Source of the DNA: Chloropicon primus
Taxonomy: Eukaryota
NCBI GenBank assembly: GCA_023205875.1
Contig: CP060754.1
Coordinates: 806,001-870,000, forward strand
DNA: 64,000 nucleotides
Reading direction: 5' to 3'
Position 1 is the first letter of the stretch, and each line of letters begins with the position of its first letter. Both the position numbers and the translations under genes were made by a program. The notes beneath the pieces were generated by a model, which was given only the letters and a program-made list of their open reading frames with translations, was not told where the DNA came from and did not search any database. Positions 41,031-50,995 of the stretch are shown in pieces.

Positions 41031-42481
41031 ATGGACGACGATGATGCGGCGGCGAGCCCCTTGTTCACGTATCTGAGGACGCAGGTGAGTGGAGATGATC
41101 CAGAAATTTTATCTTGGGGCTTCCTTGCCCTCGTGCGTATGGGGTTTCTCGCGCGCGTGTCGCGCCTTTCGGCTTCCCCGGTTGCTCCCAGGGGGTTGTT
41201 GCTCGCCCGACCGTTTCAAGGCCTGCAGACTGACTTGGGGGGCTCCCTCTCCTGGACCATTCCGAACTGCGCTCGAACGCCGGGCCACCGCAGCTCCCGG
41301 CTCTGCTGGAGCGGGCCGTCTTCGAGGGTTGGAAAGTGGCGGTCCCAAAGGCGTCCTCCCTGCGAGGCGCTGCGATATCTCAGGCACTGGTGGAGTCTCA
41401 CCTCCTCAGGCAGACCGCTATACGGGACGAGTGGAAGACCGCGAATGGCCGGACTGTGGTGGTGGTCAAGGACTCGGGGTCCGGGCGCGTCAGGCTCATG
41501 ACAGGGCGAGGCTTTCCCGTCCAAGGAAACTCCGTGGACGTCCTCGCGGAAGACCTTTGGTACGGACCGAGTTCGGACCAAGGCCTGCAGCTCGTCAGCA
41601 TATCGGACACCCTCGAGAAGGACAGCCTCTCGACCCTCAACTCCTTCGCGACGACGTCGCTGGACAGCGATCTGCCGCAGAAGCTCATGTTGCACAACGG
41701 GAAGAAGCCCGAACCGGAACCGATTGCGGAGGGGAAGACGTACGAGGAGCTGCAGTGGTGTGCTGACGACAAGAAGTGCGTGAAATACATCGAAAGTCTC
41801 GCTGGCTCTGGGGAGCCCTTGATGAAGCTCGAGAAGAAGCTGGTCGAGTTCAGCAACACGTATGTCTTTGCGCGGAACTACGAGGAGGAAACTGCACAGA
41901 AGCTGAGAAGCTTTGCGACGCAGTTTGCCCAGGAGACAGGGGGTCCGTACTCTGACGCAGCCTACAAGGCGGCTCTGTGCCACACGATTAATATCCTGGA
42001 GAGCAAAATATGGAGCTCCTTGAAGGACCTGTACAGTAGCGAAGACATGAAGGCCCGGAGCGCCATGATGGACAAGGTGCAGACGAGGTGCTCTGGCATC
42101 GGCGTGTCAGAGGATTTCCTTGACGTCGACTTCAGCGAGCCTCTGAAGGAGTTCAAGGCCCTCGGCGAAACCAAGTCGCCCCCCATGAAGCTCGTGTGCC
42201 TGCAACGCATCCACAAGAAGACCATCGATGCGATCTGCAAGGGCAGGAAGCAAGCAGCAGTCACCGTGTTTGGTTCGACCGCGAGCAAGTCCAACAAAGT
42301 GATCGGAATGGACGAGCTGCTGCCCTTGTTCATCTACGTGGTCTGCCAGTCCGAGATACCAGACTTCGTGACGACCTTTACGTTCATCAAGCACTTTTCT
42401 TACGACTTGGGTGCATCCCAATCCGGAGAGTTCCTCACAACGCTCATCGAAAGCGTGGTCCAAAATTTGGTAAGCCTGTAA
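41031..42481 (+). CDS. VARP/ANKRD27-like VPS9-domain Rab GEF without ankyrin repeats (exons 41031-41084, 41294-42481)
   Basis: Spliced N-terminus PLFTYLRTQ|LPALLERAVFEGWKVAVP...ESHLL...KTANGRTV resembles the VARP N-domain; VPS9 motifs SPPMKLVCL, GMDELLPLFIYVV, GEFLTT. Confidence 0.8.
41085..41293 (+). other. Spliceosomal intron, 209 bp, phase 0
   Basis: CAG|GTGAGT donor, ACTGAC branch near 41229, CCGCAG acceptor; supplies an ATG to the VPS9 ORF. Confidence 0.78.
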
Positions 42482-42556
42482 AACAATATCATTTCATTGA
42501 AAGAGGGAGAAGAGGGGTACCGGTCGAGGAAGGGCTGTGTGGCTTGAGTCCGCAAG

Positions 42557-44782
42557 ATGGAGTCGGACTCGGCCTACTTGAGGCAGGCAGCGGAGGAGCA
42601 CCTGCACTTCCAAGGCAATCTAGAGAGCAAAACCATAGCCGAATTGGCGAGCGACAAGAAGCTGCCTTTGAATGTCCTTGCTGTGGCGTTGTTGAGTTCC
42701 AAGGCTGGATCGCCTCGAGGGGATCTCTTGCGCAAGCTTGTCGACCCTTCGAACTTCAAGCAATTGAGGAACAGCGACAAGTTTTTCCGCTTCTTCGTCA
42801 AAAGCATGATCACGAAGGACACCAAGTGCGACTTCGTGATGCCCTTTCTCAATCAGTACCTGGCAAGCCTCCCGACGGGTGGCGCGAGTGACATGAGGGA
42901 GTTCTCCTTCGTCGTCAACGTCGCCTCCAAGCTCGTGAGTTGGGAGTGCGATGGGGCAGAGCAAGTTTGCGCGGCACTGGTGAAGCTGTTCGAGGAGGCA
43001 TGTCAACGACTTTTGACAGCAAAGAACAAGGCCAAGGTGGTCAAGAGCCGGGAGCTGATGCGGGTGGTGCTGCCCACTCTGCGGGTGGTCGCCTCTTCTT
43101 CTCCTGCCTTGAGCTCCGCGCTCGGGGAAGTCGGGAGCAAGTTGTATCGATGCCTGCAAAACAGCGATAGGGTGATTGCCGCTCATGCAATTGCTGTGTG
43201 TGAAGCCTTGTGCAGAAGCCCCGACAAGCAGGACTTTGGCCACCTTCAGACGGCCATTCAGCAAGGCAGTGCCAAAAGCCAGAATGAAGCGGGCGAGGCG
43301 TGCGCAACAGACTTGTGCAGGCTCGCGGGTCACTGCATACAGGTCAATTATGACAGTGGTGACGGGGGTGGGGAGGAGGAGGCTTCGCGCGTGGAAGCTT
43401 GCAGGAAGTTGCTCGTGTCCTCAGCATCCGGCGAGGACGTCCAAGTCTTTGTCGAGGCGACAAAACAGCTCTCCTCTGACATCTGCACGTGTGACCTGAA
43501 GCGAGATCTCTCGCAAGACGAAGCGAGCGCCATTCAGGACGCTTGCAAAAGGAGCTGGGGTTTCCTATCATCGTCAGACCAAGGGGAAGCCATTCACAAA
43601 ATTGTGTGCCGCCTCTCATCACTTCTCTCATCCGCCGATCGCGACCTCCAGAGAGCAACTTTTTGTTGCACGGCGTTGAGCCTCTTGAAGTGCGCGGCCC
43701 TCGGAAGCGACGGCACGGCTGGCACGGCCGGATCGTCGTTGACCTTGACCTTAATTCACACGTTGCGCGACGAGCTCGATCGATCAGAGAGCATGAGCCT
43801 TTACTTTTTGTTCTGCAAATGCATGCTGTGGGGGACAGGGCTGACTGCAGAAGTCGGGCTGAAAGCGGAGGACATCGGCTTGAGGCTCGGAGTTATTGGC
43901 GAGCGGGTGTCAGACATGCAGTTGCTCGATCTCATGTCAGAGGTCCTTCTTTTCTTCTCCTGGGCGAAAGAAGATCACGCGGAGGAGCTCCTCCTTCTCA
44001 TGTCAACTCTTGCTCAGCATTCCGGGCCCAAGGCCATGGAGCACCTTGAGGCGGCCTGGAAGAAATGCATGCAAGGGACGGAACTCATGAAAGCTTCGGC
44101 GATCGCGAACGCTTTGCATGTACTCTCCACAGGCACACCACATCCCACGACGTGTTCTGCGTCGAGGATGGATCAGGCGCAGCTCATGAAGTGGAAGAGC
44201 GTGGACTTTGTCGCCGAAAACATGAATTTCGCGTTCTCAGACTACCAGTGGGAGGGCCGGCCAAAGGAAGAGCTGGCCAGGGCGAAGACGTTCAGCAGGT
44301 CTCTGGGCGAGTGCGGGGCCGCCGTCCCTCTCATGTCTCACGCCTTGCGGGTGCTCGAGGAGGCTCTCCTGTCCTCCGGCTCGGCCATGAAGAAGAAACT
44401 CGTGCAAGCACTTTTGACGTTGGCGGTGCGATCTAACCAGCCATTCCAAAACCAGAGCTGCGCCATACTGAGAAGCGCTTCGTGCACTTCCACAGGTGCG
44501 ACCCAGCAGTTAATGGCTTGGTCCATGGAGATCATGGACGAGTTCCACCGCGTTCAAGGCCTGTTCGATGCCAAAGTGGAGGAGCTCGGGGCTGACCCGA
44601 AGGAGTGGCCAGAGGAGGAAATCAGAGAATCAGAAGCCAAGCACCTCGCGATGCTGGACAAGCTCTGCAGCATCTGCTTCATCCCGAGGCATCTTTACCT
44701 CCCGTTGGGTTTGAAGAGCAAGGGTTTCTTGGAGTTCTTTCATGCTCCAAGCGGCGTCCAGCAGCAGGACATGGCATCGTGA
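42557..44782 (+). CDS. TASH3/TSAUCER-like large subunit of the TPLATE/TSET endocytic complex (no SH3)
   Basis: Helical solenoid character; FVAENMNFAFSDYQW, QALLTLAVRSNQPF, EWPEEE and CFIPRHLYLPLG resemble recalled plant TASH3 motifs. Confidence 0.72.
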   Translation: MESDSAYLRQAAEEHLHFQGNLESKTIAELASDKKLPLNVLAVALLSSKAGSPRGDLLRKLVDPSNFKQLRNSDKFFRFFVKSMITKDTKCDFVMPFLNQYLASLPTGGASDMREFSFVVNVASKLVSWECDGAEQVCAALVKLFEEACQRLLTAKNKAKVVKSRELMRVVLPTLRVVASSSPALSSALGEVGSKLYRCLQNSDRVIAAHAIAVCEALCRSPDKQDFGHLQTAIQQGSAKSQNEAGEACATDLCRLAGHCIQVNYDSGDGGGEEEASRVEACRKLLVSSASGEDVQVFVEATKQLSSDICTCDLKRDLSQDEASAIQDACKRSWGFLSSSDQGEAIHKIVCRLSSLLSSADRDLQRATFCCTALSLLKCAALGSDGTAGTAGSSLTLTLIHTLRDELDRSESMSLYFLFCKCMLWGTGLTAEVGLKAEDIGLRLGVIGERVSDMQLLDLMSEVLLFFSWAKEDHAEELLLLMSTLAQHSGPKAMEHLEAAWKKCMQGTELMKASAIANALHVLSTGTPHPTTCSASRMDQAQLMKWKSVDFVAENMNFAFSDYQWEGRPKEELARAKTFSRSLGECGAAVPLMSHALRVLEEALLSSGSAMKKKLVQALLTLAVRSNQPFQNQSCAILRSASCTSTGATQQLMAWSMEIMDEFHRVQGLFDAKVEELGADPKEWPEEEIRESEAKHLAMLDKLCSICFIPRHLYLPLGLKSKGFLEFFHAPSGVQQQDMAS

Positions 44783-44909
44783 CAACACAGCGGTGCTTGT
44801 TCGGCTCAGGGCTAAAGCTTCACACAATACAAAACCAGCAGGTTTATTGTTTAAATGTACAAACAGGTTCCACGAGCCCCCCCCCCCAAAAAAAAAAACC
44901 GACCCGGTC

Positions 44910-45705
44910 TCACGAAATCTGAAGCATCCTCCTCAGATCGTTGGTGGCTACCGCGTCGCTGTTGTCGGTGGTCGCGGCGCAACCGCCGCCGTCCAGGTTG
45001 AGCATCTTCTTCAGCTCGGCCGTCGTGTCCACGGCAGTCGGCGCCTCGCAAATCTCCCTAGGTATACCAGCCAGCAAGCTCGGGCTCGGCATCGGCAGCT
45101 CCTCCGGGGCCGGGGACTTCAAGAACGCGCTCCCCGCCCAAAGGCTCCCACGTCGCCCGTCCTTGTCCTTCTGGTCCGACCCGGAGTTCCTCCTCTCCTT
45201 CTTCCTGGCCTTGTCCTTCTTCTTCGGGTTCTCTGCCTGGTTGCCGTTCCCCTCGGCAGCCCCCTTCTGCTTCTTGCCGCGTTGCCTCTTGCCCTCCTTC
45301 TTCTTCTGCTCCAGGGAGACCTCGGAGAGAGGCCCGCCCACCAGAGGACTGTCGAAGAAGGGAGCCAGGTCCACACGACCGTAGTCGTGGGGCACCTTCC
45401 CCGCAGTGCTCGGCATCGAAGCCTCGGGCACGAGTGACGTCTGCAAGTCGGCCACAATCTTGGAGCGACTCGAATTCTCCTTCCCGGACGGCGCCGCCGC
45501 CGTCGTCGTCGGCTCTCCCGGCATCCCGAGGTCCTTCAACAGGTCCCCTATCAGGTCTTGGCCCGTCTCCTGCTCACGAGGCAAAAAAAACAACAAAAAA
45601 AACGAGGGCGACGAAGAAGTCAGCGTCTTCGCGTCTTCGGGAAGAAAAGAACAAGTCGAACGGAAACGCGACACTTCCCACGACCTCCCTTACCTTCCGC
45701 GCCAT
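44910..45705 (-). CDS. PNRC/Edc1-like decapping co-activator motif protein (exons 45705-45694, 45569-44910)
   Basis: WAGSAFLKSPAPEELPMP matches the YAG..F..P.P..LP.P motif; C-terminal TAELKKMLNL and TNDLRRMLQI. Confidence 0.7.
45570..45693 (-). other. Spliceosomal intron, 124 bp, after a 4-codon first coding exon (MARK)
   Basis: AAG|GTAAGG donor, GCTGAC branch, T-rich tract, CAG acceptor in phase 0. Confidence 0.72.
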
Positions 45706-45783
45706 GGTACGTGCACCAAACTGTCTCACACTCCACTCCTCTCTCGCTCCCTTGTCGCTTGTCGTTTCGTTTCTGTGCTCAGG

Positions 45784-45826
45784 TCGCGTCTCAGCGTCTC
45801 AGATCGCGTCTCAGCGTCTCAGATCG
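45784..45826. repeat. Direct tandem duplication of 20-bp unit TCGCGTCTCAGCGTCTCAGA
   Basis: Two perfect copies in the divergent spacer between the PNRC-like gene and the PPase gene. Confidence 0.85.
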
Positions 45827-46670
45827 GTGTAATCCTTGATGGACCTTGGTGTGAGAAAAAAGTCCAAAACTCCTCGCAATCGCAGCCTTCAAGGAAAACT
45901 CCACCGTGTCCCAGTCTGTGTGGGGAGTCGAGTCCTCGTCTCGCGATCTTCTCCCTTCTCTCTCTCTTTCTTGTTCGTCTTGTCTTTCTATCCCCTCCTC
46001 CTTGCTCGCTCGGTCCTCGTCCTCCTCCGGGTTAATTAGCTAATTCTGTTGTCGTCAAGGAAGGACGAAACGAGCTCGTGGGAGGACGAGGATGCGGTCG
46101 CCCCTTGTTCTTATTGGTACCTCAGCATACATGATGCAATGCAGGTGTCTGTCCTTTCTCTCTTCTGTTCTCTCTTCTCTGTTGTTCTTTCTTTCTCCTT
46201 GCTTTTGGAAGATCCGCCCCTCGGCTTGCCTTTGCCGAAATTCGCCCGGGGGGGAGAGAGAGAGGAATAGGGAGTTCTCCGACGGAGAGAAGGAGAAGGG
46301 ACCGACGGCGGAGCCAAGGCGTGCGAGTGAGTTGGGTGCTGCGAAGCGGGCGCTCCAGGGAACGTGACGCGGGAAGGAGGCGAGGCCTTGAGGGGGACGC
46401 AGACCGGACGCCAAGGACCGAGGAAGAAAGACCTTGGAGTCGACGTCGCTGGGGGAGGGTGGTATCGACTTTGGGGACGGGGAAGACCGGAACTTGGAGG
46501 ACCGCGGCCCGATAACGTGTAGTTGTTGGGTTGGACGAGGCCTTTGCTCGATCAGCGACAGGTGACAGGCGAACCGGGGCGGAGTTGTGCGACCCGTTCT
46601 TTCTCTCTCTCTCTCTTGAGTTCTTTGACCCCGCGCGTGGAAAGGAGCGAGCAGCGGAAGGCACGGCAAC

Positions 46671-48980
46671 ATGGCGAAGAGAGGAGTCGCCAGAGAGGAG
46701 CAAGAGGCCCTGATCGCTTCGACGGACGAAATTGTCCCAAGCAGCTTCGACACTGACATCGAGAAGGATGGGGCCAGCGCGCCAAAGACCTTTGTGAGGC
46801 ACAAGAGCTCGGGGATAGAGGCACTCTTTGCCTCGAAGCCGCTGAGGACGGGAATGCTCGTCATTGGCGTTCTGATTATTCTCGCGCAGGCGTCTCACAT
46901 CAACGGCCTCGAGGGCCCCTCCGAGAGCGAGATTCCGGACGCGACGAACGCGTGCATGACGGCCATGTTCTGCGGGGTGATCGGCTTGTTCTTCGCCTAT
47001 CAGAAGGTAAGGGGCGTGATGAGCAAGCCCGAGGGAAATGCGAGGATGAAGGAGATCGCCACCGCGATCCAGGAGGGAGCGTACGCCTTCCTGAACCAGG
47101 AGTACAGGTGGCTCTTCGTCTTTGGCGTGGCCACTGCCCTCTTCCTTTCTCTTGGAGTGGGCCAGACAAGCACCGGCTTCTGTTTCGTCGTGGGTGCGAC
47201 CATCTCTGGCAGCGCCGGGTGGATCGGAATGAGTATCGCGGTCAGGGGAAACGTTAGGACTGCTGCCGCAGCCATTCACGGTCTTGACCCTGCCCTGAGG
47301 GTTGCCTTTGACACGGGTACTGTCATGGGAATGGTCGTCGTGAGCTCCGGCACACTCGGAATCTCCTTGGTGTACTTGATTATCACAAAGTACATGGAAC
47401 CAAACGAGGCTCTGTCCAGCCTTGCTGGTTTTGGTTTCGGAGCATCCACCATCGCTTTGTTCTCCAGAGTGGGTGGAGGAATCTACACGAAGGCTGCTGA
47501 CGTGGGCGCCGATCTTGTCGGAAAGGTCGAGGCTGGCATCCCGGAGGACGACCCAAGGAACCCAGCCGTGATTGCTGACTGCGTGGGAGACAACGTCGGT
47601 GATATCGCTGGTATGGGGGCTGATCTTTTCGAGTCCTATGTGGGAAGCATCATTGCGGCTTCTAGTCTGGGTTTGGACGTGTTCGGGCTCAACGGTGTTG
47701 CCCTTCCTCTCTACATCAGTAGTGCGGGAATTATTTGCTCTATCTTTGGAACTTTCTTCGTTCACACGAGAGAGGGTGCAAACCAGGAGGAGCTGCTCAA
47801 GGCTCTGAGATCGGGCAACATGGCCGCTTCCGTATTGCTTGTGATCTGCGTAGGGTTCATCCTTCCCTTCATGCAGTTCGAGGCCCCCATGCCAATTTAC
47901 ATTGTCATCATCTTGGGTCTGGTTGCTGGAATCATTGTTGGCGGTGCCACCGAGTACTGCACTTCAGGAGCATACGCGCCAGTCCAGAGCATCGCGAAGT
48001 CAGCGGAGACCGGACCTGCAACTGTCTTGATCCGCGGCCTTGCCGTGGGCATGTTCTCCACGATCCCCCCGATCGTTATCGTGACCTTGCTCATCGTGAT
48101 TAGCTTGAGCCTTGCTGGTGTGTATGGCGTCGCAATCAGTGCTGTCGGCATGTTGGCCACTCTCGGTATCACTCTGGCAACTGATGCGTACGGCCCAGTT
48201 GTGGACAATGCTGGTGGTATTGCTGAGATGGCAGAGCTTGAGCCGATTGTGAGGGACAGGACTGACGCTCTCGATGCTCTTGGAAACACCACAGCTGCGA
48301 CTGGTAAGGGGTTCGCGATCACTTCTGCTATTTTGACTGCACTTGCTCTCTTGGTGGCCTTCCAGAAGGATGTTTCGGGTGACGACAAGAGCGCTCTTGT
48401 GGCCGATATTGTTGACACCAGCAGCACCAACATGGTCATGCCAGGCTTGCTCATCGGCGCCTTGGCCCCATATGTTTTCAGTGGCTTCACCATGCTTGCT
48501 GTTGGCAAGTCCGCAGGTTCCGTGATTGAGGAGGTCCGCCGCCAGTTCAGGCTTGGACTGATTGAGGGAACTGATGGCATCAAGCCTGACTACAGAGCCT
48601 GCGTCGACATCGTCACCAAGGCTTCCTTGAAGGAGATGATTGCACCCGGTGTTATCTCCATTTCGATCCCAGTTGTCTTTGGCCTCTTGCTTGGCCCACA
48701 GTGTCTGGTTGGAATCCTCACTGGAGGCATCATCTCTGGTGCGCTGATGGCGATCATGATGTCCAACGCAGGAGGTGCTTGGGACAATTGCAAGAAGTTC
48801 ATCGAGGGTGGAGCTTATGGCGGAAAGAACTCTGAGTGCCACAAAGCAGCTGTCGTGGGAGATACTGTGGGAGATCCCTTCAAGGACACCAGTGGTCCTG
48901 CTTTGAACATTCTGATCAAGCTCATGAGCATTGTCAGTCTTGTCATGGCGCCTGTCTTGAAAGACATGTACATGAGTTGA
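46671..48980 (+). CDS. hppA: Membrane-integral ion-pumping pyrophosphatase, K+-dependent, Na+-PPase-type gate motif
   Basis: [69 protein letters not shown]; many TM helices. Confidence 0.96.
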   Translation: MAKRGVAREEQEALIASTDEIVPSSFDTDIEKDGASAPKTFVRHKSSGIEALFASKPLRTGMLVIGVLIILAQASHINGLEGPSESEIPDATNACMTAMFCGVIGLFFAYQKVRGVMSKPEGNARMKEIATAIQEGAYAFLNQEYRWLFVFGVATALFLSLGVGQTSTGFCFVVGATISGSAGWIGMSIAVRGNVRTAAAAIHGLDPALRVAFDTGTVMGMVVVSSGTLGISLVYLIITKYMEPNEALSSLAGFGFGASTIALFSRVGGGIYTKAADVGADLVGKVEAGIPEDDPRNPAVIADCVGDNVGDIAGMGADLFESYVGSIIAASSLGLDVFGLNGVALPLYISSAGIICSIFGTFFVHTREGANQEELLKALRSGNMAASVLLVICVGFILPFMQFEAPMPIYIVIILGLVAGIIVGGATEYCTSGAYAPVQSIAKSAETGPATVLIRGLAVGMFSTIPPIVIVTLLIVISLSLAGVYGVAISAVGMLATLGITLATDAYGPVVDNAGGIAEMAELEPIVRDRTDALDALGNTTAATGKGFAITSAILTALALLVAFQKDVSGDDKSALVADIVDTSSTNMVMPGLLIGALAPYVFSGFTMLAVGKSAGSVIEEVRRQFRLGLIEGTDGIKPDYRACVDIVTKASLKEMIAPGVISISIPVVFGLLLGPQCLVGILTGGIISGALMAIMMSNAGGAWDNCKKFIEGGAYGGKNSECHKAAVVGDTVGDPFKDTSGPALNILIKLMSIVSLVMAPVLKDMYMS

Positions 48981-49085
48981 TCTTATACACGGAAAACAAA
49001 AAACAAGTCTAAGTTATCAAATAATCATCTCTCAGGTTAATTCTGAAACCGTTATATGAAACAATGCTTTATGCTTTTCAAACAT

Positions 49086-50765
49086 CTACGTCGAGGTGAA
49101 CGTCATCTCAGCATCTAACTTCATCAACTTTTGTTGGAGCTCCTCCACTTGGCTGGACAGGAATTCCCTCCTCACTTTCTGCTTCTCCACATCCTGCAGC
49201 AGGACAGGATCCGTAACAAGTCCTGACTTCTCTCGAAGCTTTATTGTATCGTCCCGAGCCTTCTCTCTTGACTGCTTTTCCTTCTGAAGCTTGTCCCTCT
49301 TGGAACTCAGTTGCATATCCAAGTCACCAAGCTCGCTTTCCAAGATATTGTTCTTCTTCTGCACGAACTGCAGCTTCTCCTTCAAGTGTGTCAGGACCTG
49401 AACGGTCGTGGTGGTCTTCTTTCGCAGCTTCAAAAGCTCTTCATTTCTCTCTTCAATCTTTTCGTTGAGACTCTGATTCTCTATCTTGAGCTGCTCAAAG
49501 TCGATCAAATGAAGTCCCTCGGCGAGCTCTTCTTTTTGCTTCAGCTTGCTCTCCAGATCTTTCAGCTGGTGTTGCAGGTGGATGTTCCTCGACCTCACTT
49601 TCGACTTTTCGATCTCCTTCTCGTCCTCCAGGAGGTTGGTCTCGTTCACGATGTGGTTAGGAATGCCCTTGCCCGTCCTGCTGTACTCGGCCATTTTGAT
49701 CACTTCCTCCTTGAAGACGGCGTACTCCTCCTCGAGCCTGATGGCTTTCTTATCTTTCTCTTCCAGCTTCATTCGCAAGTCCATCAGCGCGGTTTGGTAG
49801 TGTTGTGCAATTCTGGCCTCCTCCTGCATGTAGTCTGACCAAGACAGGAGACTCGATAGGTATCGTGCCTCTATGTCGTGGACAATGCTGCTCGTCAAGC
49901 CAATGACAGAGCCGCGGCGCGTTCTAAACTTCTCCAGCAGCAGAATCTTTTGCTCCAACTCGTGACTCACTTCTTTCAGCTCGTTCTCCTCCTCGTAGGC
50001 CTCGGCAAGCAAGTTTTTGATGACATCTCGCTCGTTGACACCAGGAGAAACGGGGTCCATCTTGTCCTCCTCTTCGTCATCGTGTTCTTCTCCCTCCCCC
50101 TCGACTTCTCCCTCGGCCTCGCCATCCTCCAACGCCTCCCCGACCTCGCCTTCTCCGTCCTCCGCCACAGTGCCAGCCTCCTCGGTGCCCTCCTCACCCT
50201 GCTCCCCCTCGTCCTCCTCACCGTCCTTCTCCTCCTCCGCGTCAGGCGCCTGAGCCTCCTCTGGTGCCTCCTCCTCTGCCTCTTCAGCAGCGGCCTCGCC
50301 CCCCGCCTCGTCCCCCGCCTCCCCCTCCCCCGCAGGCGCCTCCTCCTTCTCCTCCTTCTTGTCCTCCTCTACCTCGTCGGCCTCGGCCTCGGCCTCCACA
50401 TTACTCGCAGGCTCACCCTCGTCGTCCTTGGCCTCGGGGGCTTCTCCCTCCCCCCCCTCAGCGTCCTCAGCCTCCTCAGCCGGGGCAGCTTCCGGGCTCT
50501 CTTCTTTTCCCTCTTCCACCTCCTCGGCTGCCACCTCTTCCTCTGCCGCGGCGCTAGGGCTCTCCCCCTCGGCTTCCACAGCAGGTGCACCTGGTTCCGC
50601 CTCTTTGCTTTCTTCTACAGGCTCCTCCTCCTCAACCTTTGACGCCTCTTCCTCCGCTCCTTCGTTCCCAGCCTCTTCCTCGACCGCCTCTGTGGTCTCG
50701 GCCTCGGCCTCGACCTCCAAGGCCACGTCTTCCGTCGTCTTTTCGTCCTTCACCTCGTCCGCCAT
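49086..50765 (-). CDS. CCDC96: CCDC96/CFAP184-like cilia-associated coiled-coil protein (DUF4201) with Glu-rich N-terminus
   Basis: EGLHLIDFEQLKIENQSLNEKIEERNEELLKLRKKTTTTVQVLTHLKEKL is the recalled CCDC96 signature; start ATG 50765. Confidence 0.87.
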   Translation of the reverse strand: MADEVKDEKTTEDVALEVEAEAETTEAVEEEAGNEGAEEEASKVEEEEPVEESKEAEPGAPAVEAEGESPSAAAEEEVAAEEVEEGKEESPEAAPAEEAEDAEGGEGEAPEAKDDEGEPASNVEAEAEADEVEEDKKEEKEEAPAGEGEAGDEAGGEAAAEEAEEEAPEEAQAPDAEEEKDGEEDEGEQGEEGTEEAGTVAEDGEGEVGEALEDGEAEGEVEGEGEEHDDEEEDKMDPVSPGVNERDVIKNLLAEAYEEENELKEVSHELEQKILLLEKFRTRRGSVIGLTSSIVHDIEARYLSSLLSWSDYMQEEARIAQHYQTALMDLRMKLEEKDKKAIRLEEEYAVFKEEVIKMAEYSRTGKGIPNHIVNETNLLEDEKEIEKSKVRSRNIHLQHQLKDLESKLKQKEELAEGLHLIDFEQLKIENQSLNEKIEERNEELLKLRKKTTTTVQVLTHLKEKLQFVQKKNNILESELGDLDMQLSSKRDKLQKEKQSREKARDDTIKLREKSGLVTDPVLLQDVEKQKVRREFLSSQVEELQQKLMKLDAEMTFTST

Positions 50766-50995
50766 GGTCCCTTGCCCCCTCTCTAGTCTAGTCTCTAGGA
50801 GAACCGTTGTGTACGATGATTTTGACTTTCGGAAAATGTGGAGACCCACGAAAAAGAACGGAGAACGGAGACAGCAGAAGGGGGGGGAGAAGGGAAACAA
50901 CACAACAAGACCGGAGTCCGATCCGATGATACGCCAAGATACGCAAGATGCACAATCACACAAAAAAATCATGTTTACACAAGTAGTACAAGGTT

